Shown here in pieces: positions 63,795 to 64,000 of a DNA stretch of 64,000 bases. The notes under the pieces were generated by a model. It did not search any database and was not told where the DNA came from. It saw nothing but the letters and a program-made list of their open reading frames with translations. Origin of the DNA: Camelus ferus (lineage: Eukaryota); contig NC_045697.1 in NCBI RefSeq assembly GCF_009834535.1, forward strand, positions 104,720,001 to 104,784,000. Direction: 5' to 3'. Every line of letters begins with the position of its first letter. Positions within the stretch are counted from its first letter, which is position 1. The position numbers and the translations under genes were made by a program.

Positions 63795-64000
63795 GGGTTT
63801 TCCCTTTTTAATAGTTTTTTTCATAGACCTCCAGTCCATTCTGTGTGTTTTGTGTTTGTATGTGGCTTCTTTGGTACTTTTTGGGGTGGGTGTGGCAACA
63901 GCATTTAATTCAAACCACATGAGCACTGCAGCATGACCTAGTGGTTCCTCTCTGACTGAAAACTTGATATTTGGATTTATTCCCCCTTCTCTACATAGGA

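Larger units (their letters stand above)
37407..64000 (+). other. ARHGAP10: ARHGAP10 intron 1 (continues past the window end)
   Basis: Starts at canonical GTAAGC donor. No sequence encoding the expected next peptide (LSVAQRKFAHSLRDF...) was seen downstream. Confidence 0.85.

Noticed and set aside
1..64000. Prokaryotic-type systems (CRISPR arrays, operons, defence islands)
   Set aside because: The sequence is mammalian, with no regularly spaced direct-repeat array or gene-dense region. The remaining short ORFs map to repeats or random frames.

Overview
This is mammalian genomic DNA, most likely camelid (alpaca/llama/camel). The assignment rests on several tRNA-derived SINEs of the Vic-1 type and a camelid-type young L1 3' end, both recognised from memory. 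The only functional coding sequence found is coding exon 1 of ARHGAP10 (GRAF2; ATG 37253 to GT donor 37407, + strand), inside a CpG-island promoter. It is followed by more than 26 kb of intron 1; exon 2 was not found. The 36 kb upstream is intergenic and repeat-rich. It holds a full-length, disabled GHITM processed pseudogene (- strand) inserted into a Charlie1-type hAT transposon, a near-complete Tigger1, ERV1/ERVL/MaLR solo LTRs, L1, L2, CR1/L3 and MIR. The left edge looks like the shore of another CpG-island promoter (PRMT9 by human synteny; inference). I see no new protein-coding system. The most unusual signals concern retrotransposition: two TSD-bounded L1 copies whose normal 3' end is replaced by foreign sequence, a polyadenylated LTR fragment inserted inside an L1, a micro 3' transduction, a ~30-bp micro-inversion inside an L1, and a short telomere-type repeat insertion. 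Repeat family names come from recalled consensus sequences and their boundaries are approximate.
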